From Lingula anatina (lineage: Eukaryota > Animalia > Brachiopoda), in assembly GCA_051362555.1 (NCBI GenBank), contig CM120646.1, positions 20,832,001 to 20,896,000 of the forward strand: 64,000 nt of DNA, in the 5' to 3' direction. A program made the position numbers and the translations under genes. Positions 51,701-64,000 of the stretch are shown in pieces (the stretch's first letter is position 1; every line of letters starts with the position of its first letter). The notes beneath the pieces are model-generated. The model made no database searches and had not been told where the DNA came from. It was given only the letters and a program-made list of their open reading frames with translations.

Positions 51701-54117
51701 TGTATGCCATGTGATTGCTGTAACAAAACCAACAAAATTACTGGAGAGGTCATGTGGGGTCACAAAATGAAGGAGTGTGAGGCACAGTACCAGTTCCATC
51801 AATGCGACAAAGATATGGACTACAGAGTGGACCAATGTCCCGCGGAGCCGCCATATTCCCAACCCACCACACCAACTCATCCAGGTCCTCAGCCCACAAC
51901 ACCTCCACCCCCAACTGGTAGGCACAGATTCTTCTGTTCACTTTTTAAACTAGCTTGGAAAAAATACAATTTTAGTTCACTATTTCTAGTTCATAGGCCG
52001 TTGATAAATATAACGTTGTTTGAATAATGAACGGATCACTCTCGCTCTTAAACACACACATGCACACTGCTGGTATGAAGTATTTCAAGGGGGATTTACA
52101 TTTACGTATATAGAAATAAAAATTTTTATGATTATAAAATCGTGTATTTGTATCTGAAAGTGTGATCACTTTTGCGCATTGGGAAGATGAGTGATTACTG
52201 CATTTTAATTTCTCACCTTAGCTGAGTTCCCATGGAAGTACACTGTCATAGGAGGTGCTGCAGTATTAATAGTGTCAGTTGGAATTATGGGAACGATCTT
52301 TTTGTATAAAAGAAAGAAGAGAAGTAATGAAGGTATTTATGATTCACTCCCTCTACACTGCAAAAAAACTGCATCTACCATATAAATATATCTGTCCACA
52401 ATACTGGATCGCAACAGTCAGTTATCATCTTTGAAAGTCTTTCAAAATATTCCTATGTTTTGGATTACAGTGAGGGTGCTATTATGTGAAAGGGGATTAA
52501 TTTGTTTTATTATAGCAAACAATTTTATGTTCCAAATATTACTGTTTTTTTTAACTTTTAAATTCTTAGCCAAAAATGACACTAAAAAAGCGCTTAAATC
52601 TGGGACTTAGACATACCAGTCTGTTTTTCAGCTGTACATTATGGAAAAGAAAGCTGTCAAAAAAGTATTGTCATGATTTTTCATATCAGGGATCATTTAC
52701 GGGACACACACTAGAGAAAAACAACACACTAAAGAAAAAACAAAAATTGCTCTTCGTCGCAAATTTTGATGGGTGAAGAAAATGGGTTGTGGTGCATTTC
52801 TATCTTGTCTGTCTTCAACTTCAGTACAAAGTATTATCTCCCATACACATGAACTATACAAATTGTTCAATTTCGGGATTTAAATATCTGAAATAGTCTG
52901 CTTTCCATACAACAACAATGTGTAAGGAAGTCCTGTCATCTGAGCGTGTTATCACAGATGTTATGACCCAATCCTGTTTGGTTTCCTCCAGACTTGCACG
53001 ACAACAAAACCACATCTAGCATGTAGTTTTGTTTCCCTATTCAGATTTGGCCCAGGGTCTTAGCGTAGCGTAGAGTGGAGATTTCCATTGATGACATAAT
53101 GACCCAGTTAAGCTATGTATATTAAAATAGCTATGTCCGGTCTCCACTTTTTGGTGTGCAACTCACGAAAAATGACTTCATGTCATCATCGCTGTTTAAC
53201 CACCAATCCAGGATTGCAGCAAGCTTTCCCAACTCTGTGCAGTTAAAGGGTCTCTTTCCGATATGAGAAAATATGAAACATATCTCAAACTTTTTCTTAC
53301 GTATGTAGGTCACGATCTAAACCAAAATTCGCCTTTGAGGTAGACGACAATTAAAATAATTAATTATTTCAAATTCAAGTCTGTATTGGAGAATGTCCTC
53401 TCCCCAAAAAAGAGAAGACGTCTACTGAAAAGCTTTAGCCAAACAGAGTGCTATGCCTAAAATAGCACTAGCATAAGGAAAAACAAGTATGGCGGTGGAG
53501 TTCGAAGTAAGTCGTTTACAGATGCACGTTAGTTACAACACTCTCCCTTCATTGTTCGTGAACAGGTTTGTGCACTTGAGCATGAAAAGAATTCATTTAA
53601 CTTCTCGTCGGTTAAAATAGTCCAAGAATCAACGAATAGCTTGGAAATATTACGACGTTGTGCAGCCTACATGTCAACAGCGCTTGATACGTAATTCTCA
53701 ATGCCGATTCACCGAATGAGTAACTTGTACCAGGAAATATACTGGTGACATGATAACAGACAGTGATATTTTTCGTGTCTATTGAACCAGCCCTTTTCGG
53801 TTGGATATTTATGAACGACTGTTACTTTTTCATTGTTTGTGCGTCTGCTTTCTGAGCCGCAATTTTGACACCTCAGTTTGCACGCACAATGTAGCACGGA
53901 CTACAAACGCGTTCCAGATGATTTTGATACTTACTGGCAGTAGTGGTGAGCATCTTGCTGATGTCAAAATCGTCAATAGGAGTGCATGAATTTTGTGCTA
54001 CGCACACACGTATCTTATCTTGGTTTTCTAGTCGATCTGTTTTTATACCTTTCAGAGAGTAGGCCTATTGTTGATGAGGCAAGCAGTCCAGGACTAGAGG
54101 GTAAAGAGCTCCCTGAG
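45710..54117 (+). CDS. TNF-receptor-like type I membrane protein; 3' end uncertain
   Basis: Exons 45710-45763, 48981-49065, 49476-49586, 51279-51366, 51700-51917, 52222-52332, 54056-54117 (or 54100). Signal peptide MASTASQQRTRWPPLLLLVLNLGLILTSICQG; N-glycosylation-rich repeat NISYTSNNTGTISYTSNNTG; Cys-rich CPPCKKGEKL...CLCSKCSGQYTDIDDRCMPCDCC; Pro/Thr stalk; TM VIGGAAVLIVSVGIMGTIFLY followed by KRKKR. Confidence 0.75.
46561..46728. mobile_element. MITE with 5-bp TSD, copy 1
   Basis: caggggcggat ... atccgcccctg; TSD tagtt. Confidence 0.85.
47638..48476. mobile_element. Non-autonomous element with ~85-bp TIRs, TA-flanked (Tc1/mariner-like)
   Basis: cccaactaccagactcggcaccgaatgatcctgaattcac... 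and its reverse complement ending ...gagtctggtagttggg; flanked by aggccta / taggcct. Confidence 0.8.
49645..50976. mobile_element. 1.3-kb non-autonomous element with 14-bp TIRs and 5-bp TSD
   Basis: cagtgtttcccctg ... caggggaaacactg; TSD cagtt on both sides. Confidence 0.85.
51048..51206. mobile_element. MITE with 5-bp TSD, copy 2 (inverted relative to 46561-46728)
   Basis: Same internal sequence in reverse complement; TSD taatt. Confidence 0.85.
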
Positions 54118-54369
54118 GTAAAGAGTTTTCTGTTATTCTTAAATAATACAAGCCTTTGGTTAATCTGGCACATTCCTTAGTTTTGACTGTAATGTGTAGG
54201 ACCCACCTAACCCTCACCTAAATTCACATATAATCCACATATACAAAAAAAATTAGTTTAGGGATTAACAATTGATACGCTTCAGTACAGGACGATGATT
54301 AATTGAAGTGAAACACATTTTGAACAGTTCACAACATTATAACTAGCATGCAATTCAATCAGTGCCAAT

Positions 54370-56398
54370 AATTAGTACTACCAGCGTGTACGCTGGCAGT
54401 ACTTATGGTTTTAGTCCTGACCCGTCTCGTACGGCTCCGTGAACTCCGCCGGGTCCGTGGGCTCCGTTGGCTCCACAGGGTGTCATGGGATACAAGTCAC
54501 CATTACCGCTTCTCCTCCTAGACCACAAGGAACTGTGTCCCCATCTCTTGCATTTAGGTCACATATAATCTCAACTTGAACACCTGGGTATTTTTGTCTC
54601 AGTTGATGCTTTGGCCTGGGCATGACGCTCGTTGAAGCACACCCTTGTCAAAATTTTTGAAAATTTAATGCTAAATATCTCCCAAACCAAAGGAATAACG
54701 GGAAAAATTACTACAGAAGTCTGACCGAAAGTCATATGTGGAGATTCCAAATATGCCCTAAGATTTGACTTTCGACCTTTATTTCAAGGTCAAACGAGCC
54801 AAAATTTTTAAAGAATGGGAATTTTTTGCAAAAAAATATTTGTTTGTACCAATTTTCAGAAACTACACAGACCTAAGCTCTCATATTATGGTGAGGGGTT
54901 ACAACTAGGGACTCCTTTCACCTTTGAGAGTTTGGGGTCAATCGGTGCATTTTCATGGGATAAGCAGCCATTAAATACTGAAACTGAAAACTCTCTCTAA
55001 TTCTGGAACCGTAAATGCCTCAGACCTTTTGAATTTTGCAACTTGTAGGACTTGTCAAGCACAATAATGGAGGTAGTGTCCACTTTTTTGTTTTCAATAC
55101 GCTTAAAGGTGCTGCGCTATATAAAAAAAGTACTATGCAATATCCAGTGGTGAAAATTAAATGTGAATAACTCCAAAATTAGCAGAGATACGCCCATAGT
55201 TGCTATAGAACTTGAATAGGAAGTCATATACTGGCAATCCAACTGTGACCTTGAAATTGACCTTTGACCTACTTTTCATTATGAACTGCACTTTGCAAGT
55301 TTTCTGATCTTTATATCTCCAAAACTGGCAAAGATACAACCATAGTTACTATTGAACTTGAATAGGAAGTCATATACTGGCAATCTAACTGTGACCCTGA
55401 AATTGACCTTTGACCTACTTTTCGCCATTAACTGAACATTGCAAATTTTCTATCCTTTATATCTCGAAAACTGGCAAAGATACGCCCAAAGTTACTGATG
55501 AACTTGAATAGGAAGCCATACACTGGCAATCTAGCTATGACCTTGAAATTGACCTTTGACCTACTTTTCATTATGAACTGCACTTTGCAAGTTTTCTGAT
55601 CTTTATATCTCCAAAACTGGCAAAGATACAACCATAGTTACTATTGAACTTGAATAGGAAGTCATATACTGGCAATCTAACTGTGACCCTGAAATTGACC
55701 TTTGACCTACTTTTCGCCATTAACTGAACATTGCAAATTTTCTATCCTTTATATCTCGAAAACTGGCAAAGATACGCCCAAAGTTACTGATGAACTTGAA
55801 TAGGAAGCCATACACTGGCAATCTAGCTATGACCTTGAAATTGACCTTTGACCTACTTTTTATGATGAACTGCACCTTGCATGTTTTCTGGCCTTTATAT
55901 CTCCAAAATTGGCAAAGGAATGCCCATGGTTACTATTGACCTTGAATAGGAAGTCATATACTGTGACCTTGAAATTGACCTTTGACCTACTTTTTCACCA
56001 AGAACTGAACTTTGCATATTTTCTTGCTCCTCATATCATCAAAACTAGCAGAGATATGCCCAGTGTTGCTCCTGGGTTTTCTCTTTTGTCAGTATACTAC
56101 ATTTAACACATTTCAAGGAAAACCAATAGGTCTATTGTCTAGAAAATCACAGGAGTGATCAATGTTAGGAAAATACAGGTCAATTCGAAAATCTGCATGA
56201 TTGGACCATTTTTAGTTATGTTTTTTCCGCATTTTTTTGTGCATATTTTGAGAACTCTTGTTGATTGCATTTTATAGAGCTTGTAAAGCACAAGACTGGT
56301 GGTGGTGTCCCCTTCCTTTTGGTTTTCCATACAAATCTGCTTACTCCAGCTGGTGGTAGAATATCTGGAGGCGGTATCGCCTCTCTGATCCTCTAGTT
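54370..56398. mobile_element. Helentron/HINE-like element with internal ~146-bp tandem array (about 6 units, 55160-56060)
   Basis: 5' hairpin agtactaccagcgtgtacgctggcagtact, then ccgt-rich low-complexity sequence, a central array, and a 3' stem-loop gaggcggtatcgcctc before ctagtt. Body is homologous to 59740-64000. Confidence 0.65.
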
Positions 56399-57394
56399 AT
56401 CATAATTATTATTAGTTTTATTATTATTATTTTACAGCATACTATCTTGTGATGTCAGTCCCATTAGAAAAAAGCCCTGTATAAAGGTTTAGTAGAGTTG
56501 GCAGTGATACATAGCACTCCTAGGTCCAGTGGTACCAGGCTTGGAAGAGGTGTGAGATCAGGAGGATTGACCCAAGAACATGAAAAGAGAATTCAGTAAC
56601 TCACAGAAAAGGTATGAAAATCATTACATTTTTATTGAACAGATAAATTCTAAGTTTCTCACAATACACAAACACCATTCATATTCCTTCTTATTTTCAA
56701 AGTAAATTTATTCAATTAAATTTGGTGGTGTGAAATCCAGTCCTTATGGTTATTTTAGTGTTCATACATTTTCAAATATTTTATTTTTGCAGTAAGCTAC
56801 TGTACATATCAAAACAGAAATGACAGATATAAAAGTTAACATTTTTTTCATTATCAGAGCATACATGATGGTGTTGCCAAGAAAAGTGCTGAATACATTG
56901 TAACCAGTGTGACGGAAATCCTGGCCTTGGATATAAAGATGCTTTTGCTAGAGAATTTACTAGGCAATGACCCAGCATCAGTGGCGAAGGGACTGGCCCA
57001 TCTCCCACTCACTGTAATGTCCCCTACATTTTGACTGCTGTTGAATTTGCTGAAGTACTTCTCTTTGAAGAAAATCACAGAATAACTATTACCACTAGTA
57101 TCAGTTTACTGACCATACATTCATAAGACCTGTAATATGCAAGTCACTGAGTAGAAGGATTCTTCTCATTCTACTGCAATTTGTGCAAGAATTCAGTGAA
57201 CATAAAAAAAATAAAGGCATGGAAAAATAAGGTACTTTCATTTATCCATTCTTCATACCAAAAGTAAAATGCAACACTCTACATAATCTGTTCATAAAAT
57301 CAATCATTTTAAAAGGCAATGTCCTACAAGGAAATAATGTATGTCTGGATGGATTTATTTAAAAAAAAAAAACGGTTTATGTGAAGTTATCATC

Positions 57395-59608
57395 TTTTTA
57401 TGTACAGACACAGATGTGTCTGTACATATTGCCATCACCTGCGTCTGTCGTCGCCGTCGCCATCGCCGTCGCCGATCATGTCGCTGTCGCCATCGCCGTG
57501 CACTTTCAGCGTTAACACCATAACTGGAAGACAGTTTTACTTTTTGGCTTAATATTTACAAAACTGACTAATATTCATAAAACGCAGGTCAAGTTCGAAA
57601 ATCAGCATGATCGGGCCATTATTGTAGAATTTATGCTGTTTTTTCACTTTTTAGCATATATACAACACTGTTAACACATTTCAAGGAAAACGGATAGGCC
57701 TGTTGTCATGAAACTTACAGGAGTAATCAATCTTACTAAAACGCAGATCAAGTTCGAAAATCAGCATGATCGGGCCACTATTTTAGTAGTTATGCTGTTT
57801 TTTTCACTTTTCAGCATATGTGCAACACTGTTAACACATTTCAAGGAAAACCGATAGACCTGTTGTCATGAAACTCACAGGAGTAATTAATCTTACTAAA
57901 ACGCAGGTCAAGTTCGAAAATCAGCATAATCAGGCCATTATTTTATAAGTTATGCTGTTTTTTCACATTTCCTCAGATTCAATTCTTAGGCATGTTAACA
58001 GTCTCATTATTTAACTAATAAGATTCGTAAAAGTGTTTGTTTGACATTTCCTGCATCTTTACAACATTGTTAGTTGATTATGTAAAAATGATGGTAAACT
58101 TGTTATCATGTATTGTATAATAGAGTTTCAAAAATGGAAATAAACTCATATCATAGCAGTTTGTCAGATTCATTCATTCACTATGTTCAGAATCTCAGAA
58201 TGGAGGAAATTGGACATTTAACACTGTTCTATTGATATTTTTCCTATCTCATTAATTTTCTTAGTTGATCATATAAAAATGGCAGTAAATTGTTAATTTT
58301 GTTATATGTTTAAAAATTGTTAAAAATGGAAAAAAACATATTTCAGGACAGTGCTGCCTTGTCTACATTTTGGCATTTTCAAGGTGTGACTTTGAAGTTC
58401 CTTGGGCCTGAAGACCTTTGCTAGGAACATTTTCTGAATATCCATGATACAAATATTTTATTATTAAAAATTGATGGTAATTATCCTGTTAAACATTATG
58501 TAATATTGCATCAAAATTTGAAGACACACCTATTTTGGACACTGCTCCCATGATGACCATTTAAGGAAAACCATGTCACTTACTGTTCTCAAACTTACAG
58601 GAAAGAAACATGGGACTTAAATAAAGCTTCAGTGGGCAATGCAGTTTGTTTGGTAAATTTTTCTGGCAGTTAAACTGTTTTTTTTTTTCTGAAAATTTAA
58701 TTTTTCACATATTGGCATTTTCAAGGTGTGACTTAAGAACCTCCACGAGCTTGAAGACCCATGCTAATCACATTTTCTGAAAATCCATGATATGGATCTT
58801 TTATTATTAAAAACTGATGGTCATTATGCTGTTAAGCATTATGTAATATTGCATTAAAATAGAAGAAAACACAATTTTGGGTGCTGCTGCCATGATGACC
58901 ATTATGGGAAAACCATGTTACTTATGATTGTCAAACTTTCAAAAAAGAAACAAAGGACTAAAATGCAGCCTGAGCTGGAAAAGCAGTCTAATTGGCTTCT
59001 TTTTCTGGAAGTTATACATTGTAGTGAAATATTCATTTTTATCATGTTGGCATATTCATTGTGGGACTCGAAGCTCCCATGGACATGAAGCCAAATGGTA
59101 ATGAAATTTTCTACTTGTCCATGCTATTTATAGTCAATAATCAAAAATTGGTGATAATTATTCTGTAATTTATTATGTAATGTTACATCAAAATTGACAA
59201 AAATCTTTTTGCACTGCTACTACAAACATTATGAAAAGAAAACTATGTTACTTATTAGTATTTTCAACTTACAAGTATGATTGGTAGGATTGGCGTATAG
59301 TTCAAATAAGAAAGCCAGCTCAAATGGGTTATCATTTATTATTGAATTTAAGCAGTTTTATGTGAAATTTTCATTTTTCTCATTCTGGCATATTCAAAGT
59401 GTGAACTTAAACTCCCATGGGCTCGAAGCCTTACGCTTGTTTCACATTTCACTTACATTGGTATTACCTGTTGAGCATAATTAAAATTTGATGTTGAATT
59501 TGCAGTTAAGCATAATGTACTTTTGCATCAGAATTGACAGTAGCCTGTTTTGTGCATTGTTATTGTCTGCTTTTTGTCTGTACATTTGACAGCTTTGCTG
59601 CCTTGTTT
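57395..59608. mobile_element. Helentron/HINE-like element with ~160-bp (3 copies) and diverged ~340-bp internal repeats
   Basis: 5' hairpin tgtacagacacagatgtgtctgtaca and (gtc/gcc) microsatellite; 3' tgtctgtaca sub-terminal repeat plus hairpin gacagctttgctgcc and ttgttt. Repeat anchors at 57581/57740/57900 and 58369/58712/59047/59384. Confidence 0.7.
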
Positions 59609-60479
59609 CTTATATATATATAAGGACCAAGGTGCCTCGAGTCTCTTGGTTCCATCTGCACCATGGCTGCTAAGAAATGTGTACTTGTAATTCCCATGTC
59701 AAATTCCTGGTTTGTAAGACTGGAATGTACCTGTATTGTACCACCAGCGTTAGCACCCATTGCAATACACCCTTGTCTAAAAATGGCAAAATTAAATGCT
59801 AATTATCTACCCTACAGAAGGAATTATGGGAAATTTTCTACAGACGGCTTTCCAAAAGTCATATGTGTAGATTTCAAATATGCCCTTGGATTTGACCTTT
59901 GACCTATATTTCAAGGTCAAACGGGCCAAAATTTTCAAAAAAATTAAATTTTTTACAAAAAAAAATTTTTTTTGCCCTGTTATTCAGACACCACACAGAC
60001 TTAACCAATAATATTATTGGAAAGTGTTACCCTTCAGGTCATCTTTCATCTCCGTGAATTTGGGGTCAATCGGTGCATTTTCACGGGAGTAGCGGCCATA
60101 AGATACCGAAACTGAAAACTGTCTCTAATTCGGGAACTGTTAATGCTAGAGACCCATTCTTTTTTGCATTTTGTAGAGCATGTAAAGCCCAACCCATACG
60201 GTTTTCGAGTTACGCTGTATCAAAAAGTACAAATTGGTGGTGAAAGCAAAATGTGCAGTACGGTAATGGATAATAAATTTTGAACTCCGGAAAAATAAAA
60301 CATAAGGCTTGGCGAGGCAGACAACTTGTGGTCAAAAATGACATTATTTCATCAAATTTGAACATCTGGAACTTCAGAGCACCTCTCATTTCAGGAATTT
60401 TGACTAAAATGACCATTTCTTTATTTTAATTAATTTTTTCTGTACGAAATTTATGGCACATTATTGTAACTCCAAAATT

Positions 60480-63400
60480 ATAACATTTAGTCCCTTATAT
60501 CTCCAAAACTAGCAGAGATAGGTCCATAGTTACTATTGAAGTTGAATAGGAAATCATATACTGGCAATCTAAATGTGACCTTGAAATTGACCTTTGACCT
60601 AATTTTCATCATGAATTGAACTTTGCAAATTTTGGTTCCCTTTTATCTCCAAAACTGGCAGAGATAGGTCCATAGTTACTATTGAACTCGAATAGGAAGT
60701 CATATACTGGCAATGTTATTGTGACCTTGAAATTGACCTTTGACCTACTTTACACCATAAACTGAACTTTGCAACTTTTTAATGCTTTTATTTTCAAAAC
60801 TGGCAGAGATACGCCCATAGTTACTATTGAATTTGAATAGAAAGTCATACGAGGCAATTTACTGTGACCTTAAAATTGACCTTTGACCTACTTTTAACCA
60901 TGAACTGAACTTTGCAAATTTTGTTCCCTTTTATCTCCAAAACTGGCAGAGATAGGTCTATGGTTACTATTGAACTTAAATAGGAAGTCATATACTGGCA
61001 ATCTAAATGTGACCTTGAAATTGACCTTTGACCTACTTTACATCATAAACTAAACTTTGCAACTTTTTAGTGCTTTTATTTTCAAAACTGGCAGAGATAC
61101 GCCCATAGTTACTATTAAATTTGAATAGAAAGTCATACGAGGCACTTTTCTGTGACCTTAAAATTGACCTTTGACTTACTTTTAACCATGAACTGAACTT
61201 TGCAAATTTTGTTCCCTTTTATCTCCAAAACTAGCAGAGATAGGTCCATAGTTACTATTTAACTTGAATAGGAAGTCATATACCGACAATCTTAATGTGA
61301 CCTTGAAATTGACCTTTGACCCACTTTTCATCATGATTTGAACTTTGCAAATTTTGTTCCCTTTTATCTCCAAAACTAGCAGAGATAGATCCATAGTTAC
61401 TATTAAACTTGAAGAGGAAGTCATTAATTCAATTTACTGTGAATTTAAAATTGACCTTTGACCTACTTTTTACCATGAACTTAACATTGCAAATTTTGGT
61501 TCCCTTTTATCTCCAAAACTGGCAAAAATACGTCCATAGTAACTATTGAACTTGAATAGGAAGTCATATACTGGCAATCTAAATGTGACCTTGAAATTGA
61601 CCTTTGACCTACTTTACACCATAAACTGAACTTTGCAACTTTTTAATGCTTTTATTTTCAAAACTGGCAGAGATATGCCCATAGTTACTATTGAATTTGA
61701 ATAGAAAGTCATACGAGGCATTTTACTGTGACCTTAAAATTGACCTTTGACCTACTTTTAACCATGAACTGAACTTTGCAACTTTTTAGTGCTTTTATTT
61801 TCAAAACTGGCAGAGATATGCCCATAGTTACTATTGAATTTGAATAGAAAGTCATACGAGGCAATTTACTGTGACCTTAAAATTGACCTTTGACCTACTT
61901 TACATCATAAACTAAACTTTGCAACTTTTTAATGCTTTTATTTTCAAAACTGGCAGAGATACGCCCATAGTTACTATTAAATTTGAATAGAAAGTCATAC
62001 GAGGCACTATTCTGTGACCTTAAAATTGACCTTTGACTTACTTTTAACCATGAACTGAACTTTGCAAATTTTGTTCCCTTTTATCTCCAAAACTAGCAGA
62101 GATAGGTCCATAGTTACTATTTAACTTGAGTAGGAAGTCATATACTGACAATCTAAATGTGACCTTGAAATTGACCTTTGACCCACTTTTCACCATGAAT
62201 TGAACTTTGCAAATTTTGTTCCCTTTTATCTCCAAAACTAGCAGAGAAAGATCCATAGTTACTATTGAACTTGAAGAGGAAGTCATTAATTCAATTTACT
62301 GTGACCTTAAAATTGACCTTTGACCCACTTTTAACCTTGAACTGAACTTTGCAAATTTTGGTTCCCTTTTATCTCCAAAACTGGCAAAAATACGCCCATA
62401 GTAACTATTGAACTTGAATAAAAGTCATTAGAGGCAATCTAAGTGTGACCTTGAAATTGACCTTTCACTTTTATTTCATCATGAATTGAAGTTTACAAAT
62501 TTTGGTTCCCTTTTATCTCCAAAACTGGCAGAGATAGATCCATAGTTACTATTGAACTTGAATAGGAAGTCATATACTGGCAATCTAAATGTGACCTTGA
62601 AATTGACCTTTGACCTACTTTACACCATAAACTGAACTTTGCAACTTTTTAATGCTTTTATTTTCAAAACTGGCAGAGATATGCCCATAGTTACTATTGA
62701 ATTTGAATAGAAAGTCATACGAGGCAATTTACTGTGACCTTAAAATTGACCTTTGACCTACTTTTAACCTTGAACTGAACTTTGCAAATTTTGGTTCCCT
62801 TTTATCTCCAAAACTGGCAAAAATATACCCATAGTAACTATTGAACTTGAATAGAAGTTATTAGAGGCAATCTAAGTGTGACATTGAAATTGACCTTTGA
62901 CCTACTTTTCATCATGAATTGAAGTTTGCAAATTTCCGTTCTTTTTTATCTCCAAAACTGGCAGAGATAGGTCCATAGTTACTATTGAACTTGAATACGA
63001 AGTCATATACTGGCAATCTAAATGTGACCTTGAAATTGACCTTTGACCTACTTTACACCATAAACTGAACTTTGCAACTTTTTAATGCTTTTATTTTCAG
63101 AACTGGCAGAGATACGCCCATAGTTACTATTGAATTTGAATAGAAAGTCATACTAGGCAATTTACTGTGACCTTAAAATTGACCTTTGACCTACTTTTAA
63201 CCATGAACTGAACTTTGCAAATTTTGGTTCCCTTTTATCTCCAAAACTGGCAAAAATACGCCCATAGTAACTATTGAACTTGAATAGAAGTCATCAGAGG
63301 CAATCTAAGTGTGACCTTGAAATTGACCTTTGACCTACTTTTCATCATGAATTGAAGTTTACAAATTTTGGTTCCCTTTTATCTCCAGAACTGGCAGAGA

Positions 63401-63830
63401 TAGGTCCATAGTTACTATTGAACTTGAATAGGAAGTCATATACTGGCAATCTAAAGGTGACCTTGAAATTGACCTTTGACCTACTTAACACCATAAACTG
63501 AACTTTGCAACTTTTTAATGCTTTTTTTTTAACTTTGCAAATTTTGGTTCCCTTTTTTTTTCTAAAACTGACAAGATACGCCTATAGTAACTATTGAATT
63601 TGAATAGGAAGTTATATACTGGCAATCTAAGTGTGACCTTGAAATTTATGTTTGACCTACTTTTTATCATGAATTGAAGTTTACAAATTTTGGTTCCTTT
63701 TTATCTCCAAAACTGGCAGAGATAGGTCCATAGTTGCTATTGAACTTGAATAGGAAGTCATATACTGGAAATTTACTGTGACCTTGAAATTGACCTTTGA
63801 CCTACCTTACTATGAACTGAACTTTGAGTG
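60480..63830. repeat. ~143-146-bp satellite-like tandem array (about 23 units) inside an element (~59740 to window end) related to 54370-56398
   Basis: gtgacctt(g/a)aaattgacctttgacc recurs at 60575, 60721, 60864, 61009, 61152, 61297 and onward. Flanks 59760-60200 and 63890-63965 match 54645-55050 and 56245-56320. Confidence 0.95.
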
Positions 63831-63842
63831 TACCATTTTTAG

Positions 63843-63890
<48 letters not shown>

Positions 63891-64000
63891 ATATTTTGAG
63901 AATTCTTGTTGATTGCATTTTTTACAGCTTGTCAAGCACAAGACTGGTGGTGGTGGTGTCCCTTTTTTGTGTGTGTGGGGGTCTATACGATCGCGCTTAC

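Noticed and set aside
55157-62286. Repeated ORFs MYLCQFWRYK... and MTSSSSLIVT...
   Set aside because: Chance open frames in satellite monomers.
60480-63830. Regularly spaced repeats resembling a CRISPR array
   Set aside because: Whole ~145-bp units repeat with no unique spacers, there are no cas genes, and the context is eukaryotic.

Overview
AT-rich, intron-containing animal DNA rich in microsatellites and MITEs, probably from a lophotrochozoan such as a mollusc (inferred from gene and repeat types). Most short ORFs in the supplied track are spurious; the real genes only appear after splicing. I reconstructed by hand, from GT/AG boundaries and reading-frame phase: (1) a secreted Cys/Pro-rich protein built from tandemly duplicating phase-0 exons (minus, 5810 to at least 1389); (2) a ~670-aa protein with an N-terminal MG motif and ARM-TIR-SAM-like domains, keeping the TIR catalytic Glu (plus, 9787-15105); (3,4) two tandem paralogues, each with a signal peptide, a single ZP-N-like domain and a hydrophobic GPI-like tail (minus, 20870-18195 and 26070-23051); (5) a complete orphan nuclear receptor, probably NR7/NR8-type (minus, 35855-30011), plus a decayed copy of part of its first exon ~6 kb upstream; (6) a TNF-receptor-like type I membrane protein (plus, from 45710) with a 3.3-kb transposon 16 bp upstream of its ATG. 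Mobile DNA includes a dead LINE 3' end, five CAG...CTG-terminated elements with 5-bp target duplications, other MITEs, and Helentron/HINE-like elements carrying ~145-bp tandem arrays dense in nuclear-receptor half-sites (TGACCT DR1 and TCAAGGTCA). Family names come from motif recognition only; no database search was run.
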